Positions 41,283 through 54,382 of a stretch of 64,000 nt of DNA are shown here, piece by piece. This stretch comes from an uncultured Aliarcobacter sp. GTDB taxonomy: Bacteria; Campylobacterota; Campylobacteria; Campylobacterales; Arcobacteraceae. The notes under the pieces are model-generated. The model ran no database searches and was not told the DNA's origin. It saw only the letters and a program-made list of their open reading frames with translations. The stretch spans positions 672,001 to 736,000 of the forward strand of contig CAXXLV010000001.1 in the NCBI GenBank assembly GCA_963664305.2, read 5' to 3'. Made by a program: the position numbers and the translations under genes. Each line of letters starts with the position of its first letter. The stretch's first letter is position 1.

Positions 41283-42485
41283 ATGAATTATTTCAATCAA
41301 TTTAAGCAAAACTATTTAGTTAGTTTTTGGCGTCCAATGCCTGCAGTTATTGCACTTGGTGTATTAGCAGCTTACTATTTTGGTATTACTGGAACTTATT
41401 GGGCCGTAACTGGTGAATTTACTCGTTGGGGTGGACATATTTTACAATTTGCTGGTGTTGATATAAGCAATTGGGGTTACTACAAAATCATGAAAATGGA
41501 AGGAACTTCCCTAACTCGTGTTGATGGAGTAATGATTATAGGTATGTTTGCTGGTTGTATTGCTGCTGCATTTTGGGGAAATAATGTAAAACTTAGAATG
41601 CCTGCTAGTAATATAAGAATTGCTCAAGCTTTAATAGGTGGAATAATTGCTGGATTTGGAGCAAGACTTGGAATGGGTTGTAATCTTGCTAGTTTATTTA
41701 CTGGTATTCCTCAATTTTCTCTTCATGCATGGTTTTTTACACTTGCGATGATTATTGGTGTTTATTTAGGAACAAAAGTAACAATGCTTCCTTTTTTCCA
41801 ATCAAAGATTAAATTACAAAAAGTTTCTTGTACTAAAGAATTAAATAAAGACAAAGAAAATGTTAAATCATTATTTACAATTGGTACTTTGGTATTTGTT
41901 GCTATGATTGCTTGGGCTTTATATCTAATATTCTTTGCAAATAGCCAAAAACTTGGTATTGCAATGCTATTTGGAAGTGCGTTTGGTTTATTAATTGCAA
42001 AAGCTCAAATTTGTTTTACTTCAGCATTTAGAGATATTTTCACAACAGGAAGAAGTGAATTAGCAATCGCAATTGTAATTGGTATGGCTGTTTCAACTAT
42101 TGGTGTATTTAGTTATATCATGATTGGCTCTCCTGCAAAAATTATGTGGACTGGACCAAATGCAATTCTTGGTGGATTATTATTTGGTTTTGGTATTGTT
42201 CTTGCTGGTGGTTGTGAATGTGGATGGATGTATAGAGCTGTTGAAGGACAAGTTCATTTCTGGATAGTTGGAATTGGAAATGTTATTGGAGCAACTTTAC
42301 TTGCATTTACTTGGGATAGTTTCTCTTTATCAATGGCAACAAGTTGGCCAAAAATAAATCTATTAGAATCTTTTGGTTCATATGGTGGATTATTTATGAA
42401 CTATATTCTTTTATTCTTACTATTTTTATTAATTCTAAAACTAGAAAAGAATTATCGATTAAAATTACAAAATAAAGGAAATTAA
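41283..42485 (+). CDS. yedE: YedE/YeeE family selenium/sulfur compound transporter
   Basis: WAVTGEFTRWGG, GARL.MGCN, ICFTSAFRD, AGGCECG. Confidence 0.9.
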   Translation: MNYFNQFKQNYLVSFWRPMPAVIALGVLAAYYFGITGTYWAVTGEFTRWGGHILQFAGVDISNWGYYKIMKMEGTSLTRVDGVMIIGMFAGCIAAAFWGNNVKLRMPASNIRIAQALIGGIIAGFGARLGMGCNLASLFTGIPQFSLHAWFFTLAMIIGVYLGTKVTMLPFFQSKIKLQKVSCTKELNKDKENVKSLFTIGTLVFVAMIAWALYLIFFANSQKLGIAMLFGSAFGLLIAKAQICFTSAFRDIFTTGRSELAIAIVIGMAVSTIGVFSYIMIGSPAKIMWTGPNAILGGLLFGFGIVLAGGCECGWMYRAVEGQVHFWIVGIGNVIGATLLAFTWDSFSLSMATSWPKINLLESFGSYGGLFMNYILLFLLFLLILKLEKNYRLKLQNKGN

Positions 42486-42489
42486 TCTT

Positions 42490-42726
42490 ATGAAAGAAAA
42501 TATAATTCCAGATTATAGACTTGATATGCAAGGTGAACCTTGCCCATATCCAGCTGTAAAAACTTTAGAAGCAATGGAAAGTTTAAAAGAAGGCGAAATA
42601 TTAGAGATAATCAGTGATTGTCCACAAAGTATAAATAATATTCCTATTGATGCAAAAAATCATGGATATAAAGTATTAAAAATTGATAGTAGTGGTCCTA
42701 CTATTCAATATCTAATTCAAAAATAG
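42490..42726 (+). CDS. yedF: TusA-like sulfurtransferase YedF
   Basis: LDM.GEPCPYP, SDCPQSINNIP. Confidence 0.92.
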   Translation: MKENIIPDYRLDMQGEPCPYPAVKTLEAMESLKEGEILEIISDCPQSINNIPIDAKNHGYKVLKIDSSGPTIQYLIQK

Positions 42727-42733
42727 ATTTTTG

Positions 42734-42757
42734 ACATAAACCTTTTTAGGTTTATGT
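42734..42757. terminator. Hairpin terminator between convergent genes
   Basis: ACATAAACCT-TTTT-AGGTTTATGT. Confidence 0.65.
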
Positions 42758-42758
42758 T

Positions 42759-43357
42759 TTACAAAAGTTTAAAAGTTTTTAAAACAGTTCTTGTTCCACC
42801 AGTTGCAATTGATTGTTCTGCTCTAAAAGTTAAATCTGACATCTCTTTTAACATATCAAAAAGCTCATCATAACTATATTTTGGAAAATCACTTTGCATC
42901 GCTAATTTATTATAATCAGTGTCAGTAATTCCTTTTTTTGTCCAGTTCTTTAAAGATTGATGAGAGATAGAGAATGCAAAATTTTCCAACCTATTATCAC
43001 TTTCAACTGCATCTAAAATTACACCTTTTAAACGTTTTTTATTTAAATTTCAATAAATTCATCATTTAAATCTTTTGAATCAATAACCAAAGAAAATCCA
43101 GAAACTTCATCTATTTGTTGAGTATCATTTATTCTTATTGCCACACAGTTTTTATCAATATCATCTAAAAATTGCAATGGTAAAGTATATTTAAATCTTT
43201 GATATTTTGATGTGATTTCCAGAGTTTTTATAACCTCTTCTTTACATCTTGGATTTATTATAAAGTATTCAACTCTTGTATCTTCTATAAAATCATCTAA
43301 CTCATTTAAAAAGTTTTCATCTATTCCAGCTAGATTTATATTCATATCTAAAATCAT
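42759..43357 (-). pseudogene. About 199-aa hypothetical (possibly TatD-like fold) split by a 1-nt deletion
   Basis: ORFs 43043-43357 and 42759-42989 join (…EFIEI-LNKKRLKGVILDAVESDNRLENFAF…) if one base is added to the run at 43045-43047. Confidence 0.65.
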
Positions 43358-43465
43358 GTTTTCCCTTGATTATTTTTACCAAGGTAAAGCATTTTTTATT
43401 CCATTTTATCAATAAACTAGATAGTTTTTTCAACTATTTATAAACTAGCTACAATTTAACTCACT

Positions 43466-45043
43466 TTAAAACTTATCTTTAAAAGTCTCTCTAATTTTTA
43501 AAAATTCATCTAAATGCTCAAAGAAAATATCAACAAGTTTTGGGTCAAAATGTTTTCCTCTTTCTTCTTTGAAAAGATTAAAGATTTTTTCATCATCCCA
43601 AGCTTGTTTATAAACTCTATCACTTCCTAAAGCATCAAAAACATCAGCAAGCGCCGTTATTCTTCCATAAATATGAATATTTTCACCACTTAATCCTCTT
43701 GGATATCCTGTTCCATCCCATTTTTCATGGTGTTCATTTGCTACAATTGCAGCTGTTTTTAAAAGAGGTCTATTTGAATGTTTTAGCATTTCATAACCTA
43801 ATACTGCATGTGTATTCATAATTTCTCTTTCACTCTCATCAAAACGACCAGGTTTATTTAATACTGCATCAGGAATTGCAACTTTTCCTATATCATGCAT
43901 TGGACTAGCTTGTTTTAACATCTCTGCTTCTTTTTCATTTAAACCATAATAAAAAGCCAAAAGTTTTGAGTATTCAGCAACTCTTTTTACATGATTTCCT
44001 GTCTCTTTACTTCTACTTTCTCCAATAGCACCCATAGTAAAAACTACTTCTTTTTGAGTTTTTTCTATTTCATGATTTAGATTTTTTATCTCTTCTAAAC
44101 CCTCTTGTACTTTTGTTTCAATTTCATCAACAGATAAACCTACATTTTTGTAAACTTTATAACCTAATACTATTATAAAAATGATTATTACAATAAGCAA
44201 AAGTAAAATCGTAAAATATGTATGATTTATGAAATTTGCAGATAGTTCTACTATTTTCTTTTCTATTTCAGAACTATAAATTTTATTTTGATTAATTACG
44301 TTATAAATTTTATTTCGTAAACTATTCTCTTTATCTTCTATATCTTTTAAAGAAACAACATAATTGCCTACTTTAGTAACTATTTGTTTATACTCTTCTA
44401 CTTCTTGATTATTATATTTTTCTTTAAATAACTCAATTTTATTAAGCCATTTATCTAAAGTAATTTGATTTTTATATTGATAAAGTGTCTCTTTACTATA
44501 ATATTTTATTTCACTAAATAATCTATATAATTCAAAATCTTTTAATTCTTGAATTTTTAAATCTAAACTTTTTCTACTATCATTTTCTATTGGATAATCT
44601 CTATCAAATAAATTTTTTAAATTAAGCTTTTCTTTTTCTAATTCATAGATAGTATCAAATGCCTCTTCTATTTGTTTTTCACTATCATAAAGTAAATGTA
44701 ATTTTGAAGAAATAACACTATCTTTATGAATATCTGAAATAAAGAAATCAACAAAATCATTTTCATCTCTTAAACTAAAAGTTTTTTCAATAGCTTCAAA
44801 CTCAAGTTCATATTTTATAAAATCAGCTTTTTTAGATTCTAATTCATTAAGTGAATTTACTAAAGTGGTATCCTTTAATAATTCATTCATTTTTTCTTGC
44901 ATTGATACTAAATCACTAATAAGCTGTTTAGTAATATTATTTTCTCTGATTTGATAAATAATTGTTGTATTTATCATACCAATAAGTAAAACAATAAATG
45001 AGATTATTATAAAACTAATTTTTACAATTTTTTTAATATTCAT
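43466..45043 (-). CDS. Membrane-bound HD-GYP c-di-GMP phosphodiesterase
   Basis: Two TM helices; ETGNHVKRV, HDIGK, HHEKWDGTGYP, ADVFDAL. Confidence 0.92.
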   Translation of the reverse strand: MNIKKIVKISFIIISFIVLLIGMINTTIIYQIRENNITKQLISDLVSMQEKMNELLKDTTLVNSLNELESKKADFIKYELEFEAIEKTFSLRDENDFVDFFISDIHKDSVISSKLHLLYDSEKQIEEAFDTIYELEKEKLNLKNLFDRDYPIENDSRKSLDLKIQELKDFELYRLFSEIKYYSKETLYQYKNQITLDKWLNKIELFKEKYNNQEVEEYKQIVTKVGNYVVSLKDIEDKENSLRNKIYNVINQNKIYSSEIEKKIVELSANFINHTYFTILLLLIVIIIFIIVLGYKVYKNVGLSVDEIETKVQEGLEEIKNLNHEIEKTQKEVVFTMGAIGESRSKETGNHVKRVAEYSKLLAFYYGLNEKEAEMLKQASPMHDIGKVAIPDAVLNKPGRFDESEREIMNTHAVLGYEMLKHSNRPLLKTAAIVANEHHEKWDGTGYPRGLSGENIHIYGRITALADVFDALGSDRVYKQAWDDEKIFNLFKEERGKHFDPKLVDIFFEHLDEFLKIRETFKDKF

Positions 45044-45172
45044 TTTTCACACCAATCAAGAATTTAAATTCATAAAATAATAATATCTAAAAAAAACCCT
45101 TTAAAATCTTCTAGTCAATAAATTCAAATAGTTTTTTGTATAATTCTTTCCAATTATAAACAAAGGTATAAA

Positions 45173-46012
45173 ATGATTCAACTAATAAATAAAAAAGAAA
45201 ATATTTTTGAGGATAATATCGCATTTGTAGAAAACTGGGATTTCTCAAAAGCAAATCTAAATGAAGAAAATAGAATCTTAGCTATTACTCAAGTTGCTTC
45301 AATTTGTTACCAATCTCCTAAAGCTTTAGGTAGTGAATCTTTATACAATAGACTTATGGCAGAATCTCAAGGACTACCTAGTTCATCTTTTGAATTCGTT
45401 CCAGTATTACTTGACCCAACAAATGAAAAACATAAAGAGATTTTAGCACCAGATTATTCAAACACTAAAAAATTTGGTGAATTAATTTGTGATGGAAAAT
45501 ATCTTCTTACAAATTATAGAGCTTTAGTTTATGATTTTGAAAATAATCCAAAAGCATATAGTTTTGATATTAGAACCACTTATAACACACCTGAAGAGTG
45601 TAAAATTATCAAAGAACATTTCAAAGTATTTTTATTTAAAGTTGATTTCCCAACAAGAAGCCAAATGGTAAGACATAGGGTAAATTGGCAAGAATTAAGT
45701 AGAAGATATGTAAGTGGGAAAAGAGTTCCTTTTGAATTTTATATATCAGAAAAAATGAAAGATGTAGCAAGTGAAGGTGGAACAACAGAACAGATTTTAG
45801 ATATCTGTTTAGAACACTATTATAAAGCTTTAGAAGATGGTGTAAAACCACAAGAAGCAAGAAGAATAATTCCACAAGCTGGTTATTCTCAAATTTGGGG
45901 AGGTTTCCAACCAACTCAACTTGAAAACTATTTCAAATTAAGACTTGATTCTCATGCTCAATGGGAAATTAGAAAAACAGCAGAGGCAATGAAAGAACTA
46001 TTAGGAGAGTAA
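45173..46012 (+). CDS. thyX: FAD-dependent thymidylate synthase
   Basis: Q.VRHR...QELSRRY, EARRIIP, LR...HAQWEIR. Confidence 0.9.
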   Translation: MIQLINKKENIFEDNIAFVENWDFSKANLNEENRILAITQVASICYQSPKALGSESLYNRLMAESQGLPSSSFEFVPVLLDPTNEKHKEILAPDYSNTKKFGELICDGKYLLTNYRALVYDFENNPKAYSFDIRTTYNTPEECKIIKEHFKVFLFKVDFPTRSQMVRHRVNWQELSRRYVSGKRVPFEFYISEKMKDVASEGGTTEQILDICLEHYYKALEDGVKPQEARRIIPQAGYSQIWGGFQPTQLENYFKLRLDSHAQWEIRKTAEAMKELLGE

Positions 46013-46929
46013 TGAATTATCAAGCAATTTTAGAAGAAATAGAAAGAGAAATCTTACCTCTTTTTGGTGAAGGTAAAGTTGCTGATTATATCCCAGCTCT
46101 TGCTAATGTAAATCCTAATCAATTTTCAATCTCACTCCAAATGTTTGACGGAACATCATTTGGAGTTGGAGAAGTAAATAAAAAATTTTCTATCCAAAGT
46201 ATCTCAAAAGTTTTCACATTTACACTAGCTTTAAACTATTATGGAAAAGAGTTATATAAAAGAGTTGGTCACGAACCTTCTGGAAATCCATTTAACTCTT
46301 TAGTTCAACTTGAATATGAAAATGGAATACCTAGAAATCCATTTATAAATGCAGGTGCAATAGTTACAGCTGATAGTTTAGTTTCTATTTATAAAGATGA
46401 TACATTCAATCAAATTTTAGAATTTATAAGAACTGTTGCAAATGATGACACAATAAATTTTGATGAAGAGATTTTTCACTCTGAATTAGAGCATGGATTT
46501 AGAAATTATGCACTTATAAATATGATAAAAAGTTTTGGAAATATTCATAATAAAATAGATGATGTAATTGAAACTTATTTTAAACAATGCTCTATTATGA
46601 TGAGTCCAGCCCAACTTGCAAAGTCTATGCTTTTTTTAGCAAATCATGGAGAAAATCCTCTTACAAATGAAACGATATTAACTGAATCAAAAGCAAAAAG
46701 AATAAACTCTTTAATGCTTACTTGTGGTCACTATGATGCAAGTGGTGATTTCGCATATAAAGTTGGACTTCCTGGAAAAAGTGGAGTTGGTGGAGGAATT
46801 GTTGCCATTGTTCCTAAAAAAATGGCAATTTGTGTTTACTCTCCAAGATTAAACACTCAAGGAAACTCACTTATTGGAACAAAAGCTTTAGAATTATTTA
46901 CTACAAAAACTGGTCTTTCAATCTTTTAA
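46012..46929 (+). CDS. glsA: Glutaminase
   Basis: GKVADYIPALA, QSISK, EPSG..FNS, NPFINAGA, KSGVGGG. Confidence 0.96.
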   Translation: MNYQAILEEIEREILPLFGEGKVADYIPALANVNPNQFSISLQMFDGTSFGVGEVNKKFSIQSISKVFTFTLALNYYGKELYKRVGHEPSGNPFNSLVQLEYENGIPRNPFINAGAIVTADSLVSIYKDDTFNQILEFIRTVANDDTINFDEEIFHSELEHGFRNYALINMIKSFGNIHNKIDDVIETYFKQCSIMMSPAQLAKSMLFLANHGENPLTNETILTESKAKRINSLMLTCGHYDASGDFAYKVGLPGKSGVGGGIVAIVPKKMAICVYSPRLNTQGNSLIGTKALELFTTKTGLSIF

Positions 46930-46982
46930 CTCAAATAGAGTATAATCGCAAAATTTATATCAATTTTTGGAGAATTTAATTT

Positions 46983-47591
46983 ATGAGTGCATTGGAAATA
47001 GCTGATATTATAGGAATTATTTGTTTTGCACTGAGTGGTTTTTTAATTGCTGTTCACTACAAACTTGATATTTTAGGTGTCTTTATCTCTTCTTTTTTAA
47101 CTGCTCTTGGTGGTGGAATGATTAGAGATGTACTTGCTGATAGAACCCCTTATGTTTTTACTACAAATTTACCTGTTATTTTAGTTGTTTTTACTGTTTT
47201 AATTGCTTTACTTTTTAAACTTCATAAGATTGATGATTTAGAAGGAAAAACTGCTTTTATAATCTCTGATGCCATAGGTTTAGTCTCTTTTTCAATTACA
47301 GGTTCAATTGTTGCAATTCAAAATGAATTCAATTTTTTGGGTGTATTAATCCTTGCATTTTTAACAGCAGTTGGTGGAGGAACAATAAGAGATATTTTAA
47401 TAAATAGAGTTCCTTCTATTTTAGTTTCAGAATTTTATGCAACAGTTGCATTAATCATTGCTTCTATTATGTTTATTTTAGAGGTACTTGAGTTAAGAAA
47501 TTTAGGAACTATAACTATTGTTTTTATTTTTGGAGTTGCACTTAGATTGTTAGCATATTATAGAAAATGGCATTTACCAAAACTCTCTTAA
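46983..47591 (+). CDS. TRIC/UPF0126 (YadS-like) membrane protein
   Basis: Repeated TA.GGG.IRD motifs, multiple TM helices. Confidence 0.9.
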   Translation: MSALEIADIIGIICFALSGFLIAVHYKLDILGVFISSFLTALGGGMIRDVLADRTPYVFTTNLPVILVVFTVLIALLFKLHKIDDLEGKTAFIISDAIGLVSFSITGSIVAIQNEFNFLGVLILAFLTAVGGGTIRDILINRVPSILVSEFYATVALIIASIMFILEVLELRNLGTITIVFIFGVALRLLAYYRKWHLPKLS

Positions 47592-47648
47592 CTTTTTGTT
47601 TACTTTTTATAGATAAAATCTCAACATTTTAAATACCAAAGGAAAAAT

Positions 47649-48104
47649 ATGATAAAAAAATTATTACTTACAGTTTTTTTAGGATTGAGTGCATTTGCTA
47701 ACTCTTTAACAGTTGGAAATAATCTTCCAGTACTTACAGTAAAAGATCAATTTGAAAAAGAGCACATTATTGATTCAACTGTAAAAACAATTATTTTCTC
47801 AGCTTCAAAAGCAGAAAGTACAACTATAAAAGAGTTTTTAAATACTAAAGAAAAAGATTTTTTAGAAACTAATCACATTTCATATGTTGCAGATATTACT
47901 GGAATGCCAAGTCTGATTTCTAAATTTATTGCTTTACCAAAAATGAGAGATTATACTTTCCCAATTTTATTAATTGATGAAGATAATAAAGCTTTATTCC
48001 CTGTTGAAGAAGATAAAATTACAATTATTACTTTAGATAACTCTAAAATAACTGATGTAAAATATATCAAAACAGCTGAAGATTTAGCTGCTACTTTTAA
48101 ATAA
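47649..48104 (+). CDS. Exported hypothetical protein (thioredoxin-like fold possible)
   Basis: Signal peptide; DQF, YVADI.GMP..I..F.ALPKM. Confidence 0.65.
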   Translation: MIKKLLLTVFLGLSAFANSLTVGNNLPVLTVKDQFEKEHIIDSTVKTIIFSASKAESTTIKEFLNTKEKDFLETNHISYVADITGMPSLISKFIALPKMRDYTFPILLIDEDNKALFPVEEDKITIITLDNSKITDVKYIKTAEDLAATFK

Positions 48105-48137
48105 AAAAACTATTAGCTTTTAAGCTAATAGTTTTTT
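48104..48137. terminator. Bidirectional terminator
   Basis: AAAAAACTATTAGCTT/AAGCTAATAGTTTTTT. Confidence 0.7.
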
Positions 48138-48698
48138 AAATGCTTCTATAATTGCCTCTTTTTCAAGTTCTTTAATTTTATTTTCTAAACTATCCACCGT
48201 TTCATTTTCATCTAAATCTAACTCTTTTACAAGAATTTTTTCACCTTCATCATAAACTTCATTTACAAAATGAATAGTTACACCAGATTTTTTCTCTTTG
48301 TTTTTTATAACTGCTTCATGAACAAATCTTCCATACATCCCTTTTCCACCATAAATTGATGGAAGAATAGCTGGATGAGTATTGATTATTTTATTAGGAT
48401 ATGCATTTAAAAGTTTTGATTCAATTTTTTTCATATACCCTGATAAAAATATATAATCACATCCAAATTCTAAAAGTAATCTTGTAATTTTATCATCAAT
48501 ATCTTGCCCTGGATATCTTTTATCATTTATAATAAAATATGGGATATTGTAAGATTCTGCTTTTTCTAAAATTCCAGCGTTTGTATTATTTGTGATAACA
48601 ACAACTACTTTTGCATTTAATATTTTATTTTCTATAGCTTTTTGAATAGTTTCAAATCCACTTCCATTATATGAAGCTAATATTCCTATTTTTATCAT
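48120..48698 (-). CDS. purN: Phosphoribosylglycinamide formyltransferase
   Basis: AS.NGS, LSGYM, IN.HP..LP.YGGKGMYG..VH, SG.T.H.V...YDEG. Confidence 0.9.
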   Translation of the reverse strand: MIKIGILASYNGSGFETIQKAIENKILNAKVVVVITNNTNAGILEKAESYNIPYFIINDKRYPGQDIDDKITRLLLEFGCDYIFLSGYMKKIESKLLNAYPNKIINTHPAILPSIYGGKGMYGRFVHEAVIKNKEKKSGVTIHFVNEVYDEGEKILVKELDLDENETVDSLENKIKELEKEAIIEAFKKLLA

Positions 48699-48746
48699 TA
48701 AATTTTTCCTAAATTTTTTAAAGTTTGGATTATAACTAAAATTAGT

Positions 48747-49211
48747 TTACAATCTTTGGGCATGTGTTAAAGCTATTGCAATTGCATCAGTAATATCAAG
48801 TGGTTTAATCTCTTTTTTAACGCCTAAAAGTCTCTTTACCATAAAAGCAACTTGTTCCTTTGTAGCTTTACCATTTCCTGTAACTGCTTGTTTTACTTGT
48901 AAAGGTGTATATTCAGAAAAATTACCAAACTCTTGTAAAATTTTTAAACTAATTGCTCCTCTAAATTGAGCAAGCTTAATAACTGTTTTTGGATTAAATG
49001 CATAAAACATATCTTCAATTGAGACTTCATCAACTTTATGCTTTTTAAATAGTAAATCAAAGCCTTCTGTCATCTCTACTATTTGCTCTTGTAAAATTTT
49101 TGTTTTAATTTTTATTAACCCTGCTTCTATAAGTTTAATTTCTCTTCCATTTTTTTCAATAATTGCATATCCACAGTTTCTAGTTCCTGGGTCAATTCCT
49201 AATATTTTCAA
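48747..49211 (-). CDS. ruvC: Holliday junction resolvase RuvC
   Basis: ILGIDPG, IE..F, EY.P..VK.AVTG.G.A.KEQV, D..DA.AIA. Confidence 0.96.
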   Translation of the reverse strand: MKILGIDPGTRNCGYAIIEKNGREIKLIEAGLIKIKTKILQEQIVEMTEGFDLLFKKHKVDEVSIEDMFYAFNPKTVIKLAQFRGAISLKILQEFGNFSEYTPLQVKQAVTGNGKATKEQVAFMVKRLLGVKKEIKPLDITDAIAIALTHAQRL

Positions 49212-49438
49212 CTTTTCACTCTTTTTGTTTATTTTTTATTCACATTAGTAAAAGTTCGATATAATCGTATTTTCATAGTATAATTTTATTTAAAAGAAAA
49301 AATTTATTCACTACTTATTCACTATGTGTATAACTTTAAATTTTTCACATTTATGAGCACATTAGTTCTATTTGAAGCTCTTTTATAAAAAATTTAGATA
49401 TAATATCTAGTAATTACAATTAAAGAGTTTATAAATAG
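49212..49438. other. Replication origin sub-region oriC1 (DnaA box cluster)
   Basis: TTATTCACA 49236, TTATTCACT 49304 and 49315, TGTGTATAA 49325, TTTTCACA 49342. Confidence 0.75.
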
Positions 49439-50755
49439 ATGACAAGCAAAGATTTTTTAACAATTATTCAAAAAGAAGCAAACAAAGTAGACTATGAAAG
49501 ATACCTAAAACAATTGGTATATAAAAAAGTTTCTTCTGATGAAAAAATTGCCATTTTTGAAGTAAATAACAAGTATATTGCCTCTTGGATAAAGAGTAAA
49601 TTTACTGGATTAATTCAACATTGTTTTGAAATTTATGACGGCTCAAAACCATCTATTGAAATAAAACTTGCTGGCGAAAAAAAATCTAAAAAAGAGATTA
49701 TTTCAGAAAAAGTAAAAAATGAAACTGCCGAAAGTACAATACTTAATCCATCTTACACATTCGATTCATTCGTAGTTGGACCATCAAATCAAATGGCATA
49801 TAATGCCTCTTTAGCAGTAGCAAATAAACCAGGAACACAATACAATCCACTTTTTATTTATGGTGGAACGGGTCTTGGAAAAACTCACCTTTTACAAGCA
49901 GTTGGAAATCATGCAATTGAAAAAGGAAGTACAGTTATTTATGTAACAATTGAACAATTTATGAATGATTTTACTTTCTCAATAAAAAATAAAAATATGG
50001 AACATTTTAGAAATAAATATAGAAAATGTGATGTACTTTTAATCGATGATATTCAATTTTTATCTGGAAAAGAACAAACTCAAGAAGAATTCTTTCACAC
50101 ATTTAATGAACTTCACAATGCAAAAAAACAAATTGTGATGACAAGTGATAGACTTCCTTCACAAATTGCAGGACTTGTTGATAGATTAAAATCAAGATTT
50201 GAATGGGGATTAACAGCAGATGTTCAAATTCCTGGACTTGAAACAAAAATTGCAATTATTGAAAAAAAATCAGACTTAAATGGAATTCATTTAACTAGAG
50301 AAATTATCAATTTTATTGCAACAACATTAGATAATTCAATTAGAGAAATAGAAGGTGTATTAATCAGAATTAATGCTAGTGCTTCTTTATTGAACCAAGA
50401 AATCACTCTTCCAATGGTTCAAAGTTTATTAAAAGAACAAATTAAAGAGACAAAAGAGAATATCAAACTTCCTGATGTTATTAATATTGTTGCAAATCAA
50501 TTAAATATCAAACCAAGTGATATCAAATCTAAAAAAAGAACAGCAACAGTAGCAAATGCAAGAAGAATAGTAATTTATCTAGCACGTGAGTTAACACATA
50601 ACTCTATGCCTGATATTGCAAAGTTTTTAGGTATGAAAGATCACAGTGCAATTTCGCACAATATTAAAAAAGCAAATGAGTTAATTGAAAAAGATGAAAA
50701 CTTTAAATTAATCATTGAAAATTTAAAAAATAAAATCATAAATAAGGAGTGGTAA
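49439..50755 (+). CDS. dnaA: Chromosomal replication initiator DnaA
   Basis: YNPLFIYGG.GLGKTHL, LIDDIQF, RLKSRFEWG, DHS. Confidence 0.98.
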   Translation: MTSKDFLTIIQKEANKVDYERYLKQLVYKKVSSDEKIAIFEVNNKYIASWIKSKFTGLIQHCFEIYDGSKPSIEIKLAGEKKSKKEIISEKVKNETAESTILNPSYTFDSFVVGPSNQMAYNASLAVANKPGTQYNPLFIYGGTGLGKTHLLQAVGNHAIEKGSTVIYVTIEQFMNDFTFSIKNKNMEHFRNKYRKCDVLLIDDIQFLSGKEQTQEEFFHTFNELHNAKKQIVMTSDRLPSQIAGLVDRLKSRFEWGLTADVQIPGLETKIAIIEKKSDLNGIHLTREIINFIATTLDNSIREIEGVLIRINASASLLNQEITLPMVQSLLKEQIKETKENIKLPDVINIVANQLNIKPSDIKSKKRTATVANARRIVIYLARELTHNSMPDIAKFLGMKDHSAISHNIKKANELIEKDENFKLIIENLKNKIINKEW

Positions 50756-50923
50756 AAGCTTTAAAATAAAAAAGTTTTAAAGACTTATGTGAAAAGATGT
50801 GAATATATAGTTTTTTTTAATCACTTGTAAAAGTCCTATTTTACAGTGCTTAGAAAAGTATTTTCATCTTTTCACATAGACTACTAATTCCACTAATTAA
50901 ATAAAAAAATATAGGAGAGAAAA
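50756..50923. other. Replication origin sub-region oriC2 (DnaA boxes, trio-like repeats, DUE)
   Basis: TGTGAAAA 50788, TGTGAATA 50798, TTTTCACA 50869, then CTA CTA ATT CCA CTA ATT and an AT-rich tract. Confidence 0.7.
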
Positions 50924-51994
50924 ATGAGGTTTGTAATCACAAAAAATGTTCTTGAAAATGTTATAGCTTCTATGCAGCCTTTTTTAGAAAAAAAAGATTC
51001 TAGTTCAATAACATCACATATTTATTTAGAAATTAATAATTCTAAATTAATTATCAAAGCAACTGATTATGAAATTGGTTTAGAATCACTTATTGATAAT
51101 ATCACTGATCCACTTGATGGAAAAACTACAGTAAATGGTTCTAACTTATTAGGTATTATTAAAAGATTAAAAAATGAAGATATTATTTTAGAAGCTACAA
51201 ATAACAATTTAGTAATTAAACAAAATAAATCAACTTTTAAATTACCAACTTATGATGCAAATGAATTTCCATCTCTTAATAAATCGGAAAATCTAAAAGA
51301 ATTATCAATGTCAACAATTAATTTTATTAATTCTATTAGAAAAATTACACCAGCAATTGATACAAATAATCCTAAATTTGAATTAAATGGTGCTTTACTT
51401 GATATAAAAAGTCAAAAAATAAATTTTGTTTCAACTGATACAAGAAGACTTGCTGTTTCATTTTTACAAAATATAAACAATGATGAAACACAATTTATTA
51501 TTCCTAAAAAAGCAATTATGGAAATTCAAAAATTATTTTTAGATGAAGCTAAAATTTCTTATGATGATACAAATTTAGTTATTTCAAATGAACATACAAA
51601 ATTCTTTACAAAATTAATTAATGGAAAATTTCCTGATTATGAAAGAATTATTCCTACAACATTAAAATATAATTTTCCATTACCAAAAAATATGTTAGTA
51701 GAATCAATCAAATTAGTAACATCACTTTTTTCAAATATTAAAATCACATTTAATTCTAAATCAATAATTTTTGAATCACTTGATGAAGATAGTGAAGCAA
51801 AAACACAAATTGATATAGATTTAAATATCGAAAAAGAATTCTATTTAGCAGTTAATGCTAAATATTTATTAGACTTTTTAAGCATGTCAAATAATGAAAA
51901 AATAAAAATTGGATTTAATGAATCTAATTTACCATTTTTATTAGAAGATGACAAATTTTTTACTATTGTAATGCCAATAGTTTTAGAAAAATAA
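50924..51994 (+). CDS. dnaN: DNA polymerase III beta sliding clamp
   Basis: ATD.E, STD.RRLA, LI.G.FPDY.RIIP, IVMP. Confidence 0.96.
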   Translation: MRFVITKNVLENVIASMQPFLEKKDSSSITSHIYLEINNSKLIIKATDYEIGLESLIDNITDPLDGKTTVNGSNLLGIIKRLKNEDIILEATNNNLVIKQNKSTFKLPTYDANEFPSLNKSENLKELSMSTINFINSIRKITPAIDTNNPKFELNGALLDIKSQKINFVSTDTRRLAVSFLQNINNDETQFIIPKKAIMEIQKLFLDEAKISYDDTNLVISNEHTKFFTKLINGKFPDYERIIPTTLKYNFPLPKNMLVESIKLVTSLFSNIKITFNSKSIIFESLDEDSEAKTQIDIDLNIEKEFYLAVNAKYLLDFLSMSNNEKIKIGFNESNLPFLLEDDKFFTIVMPIVLEK

Positions 51995-52006
51995 ATTAAT
52001 TAATAA

Positions 52007-54349
<2,343 letters not shown>

Positions 54350-54355
54350 TTTTTT

Positions 54356-54382
54356 AAAAGCATAGTTTTAACTATGCTTTTT
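54356..54382. terminator. Bidirectional terminator
   Basis: AAAAGCATAGTT-TT-AACTATGCTTTT. Confidence 0.75.
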
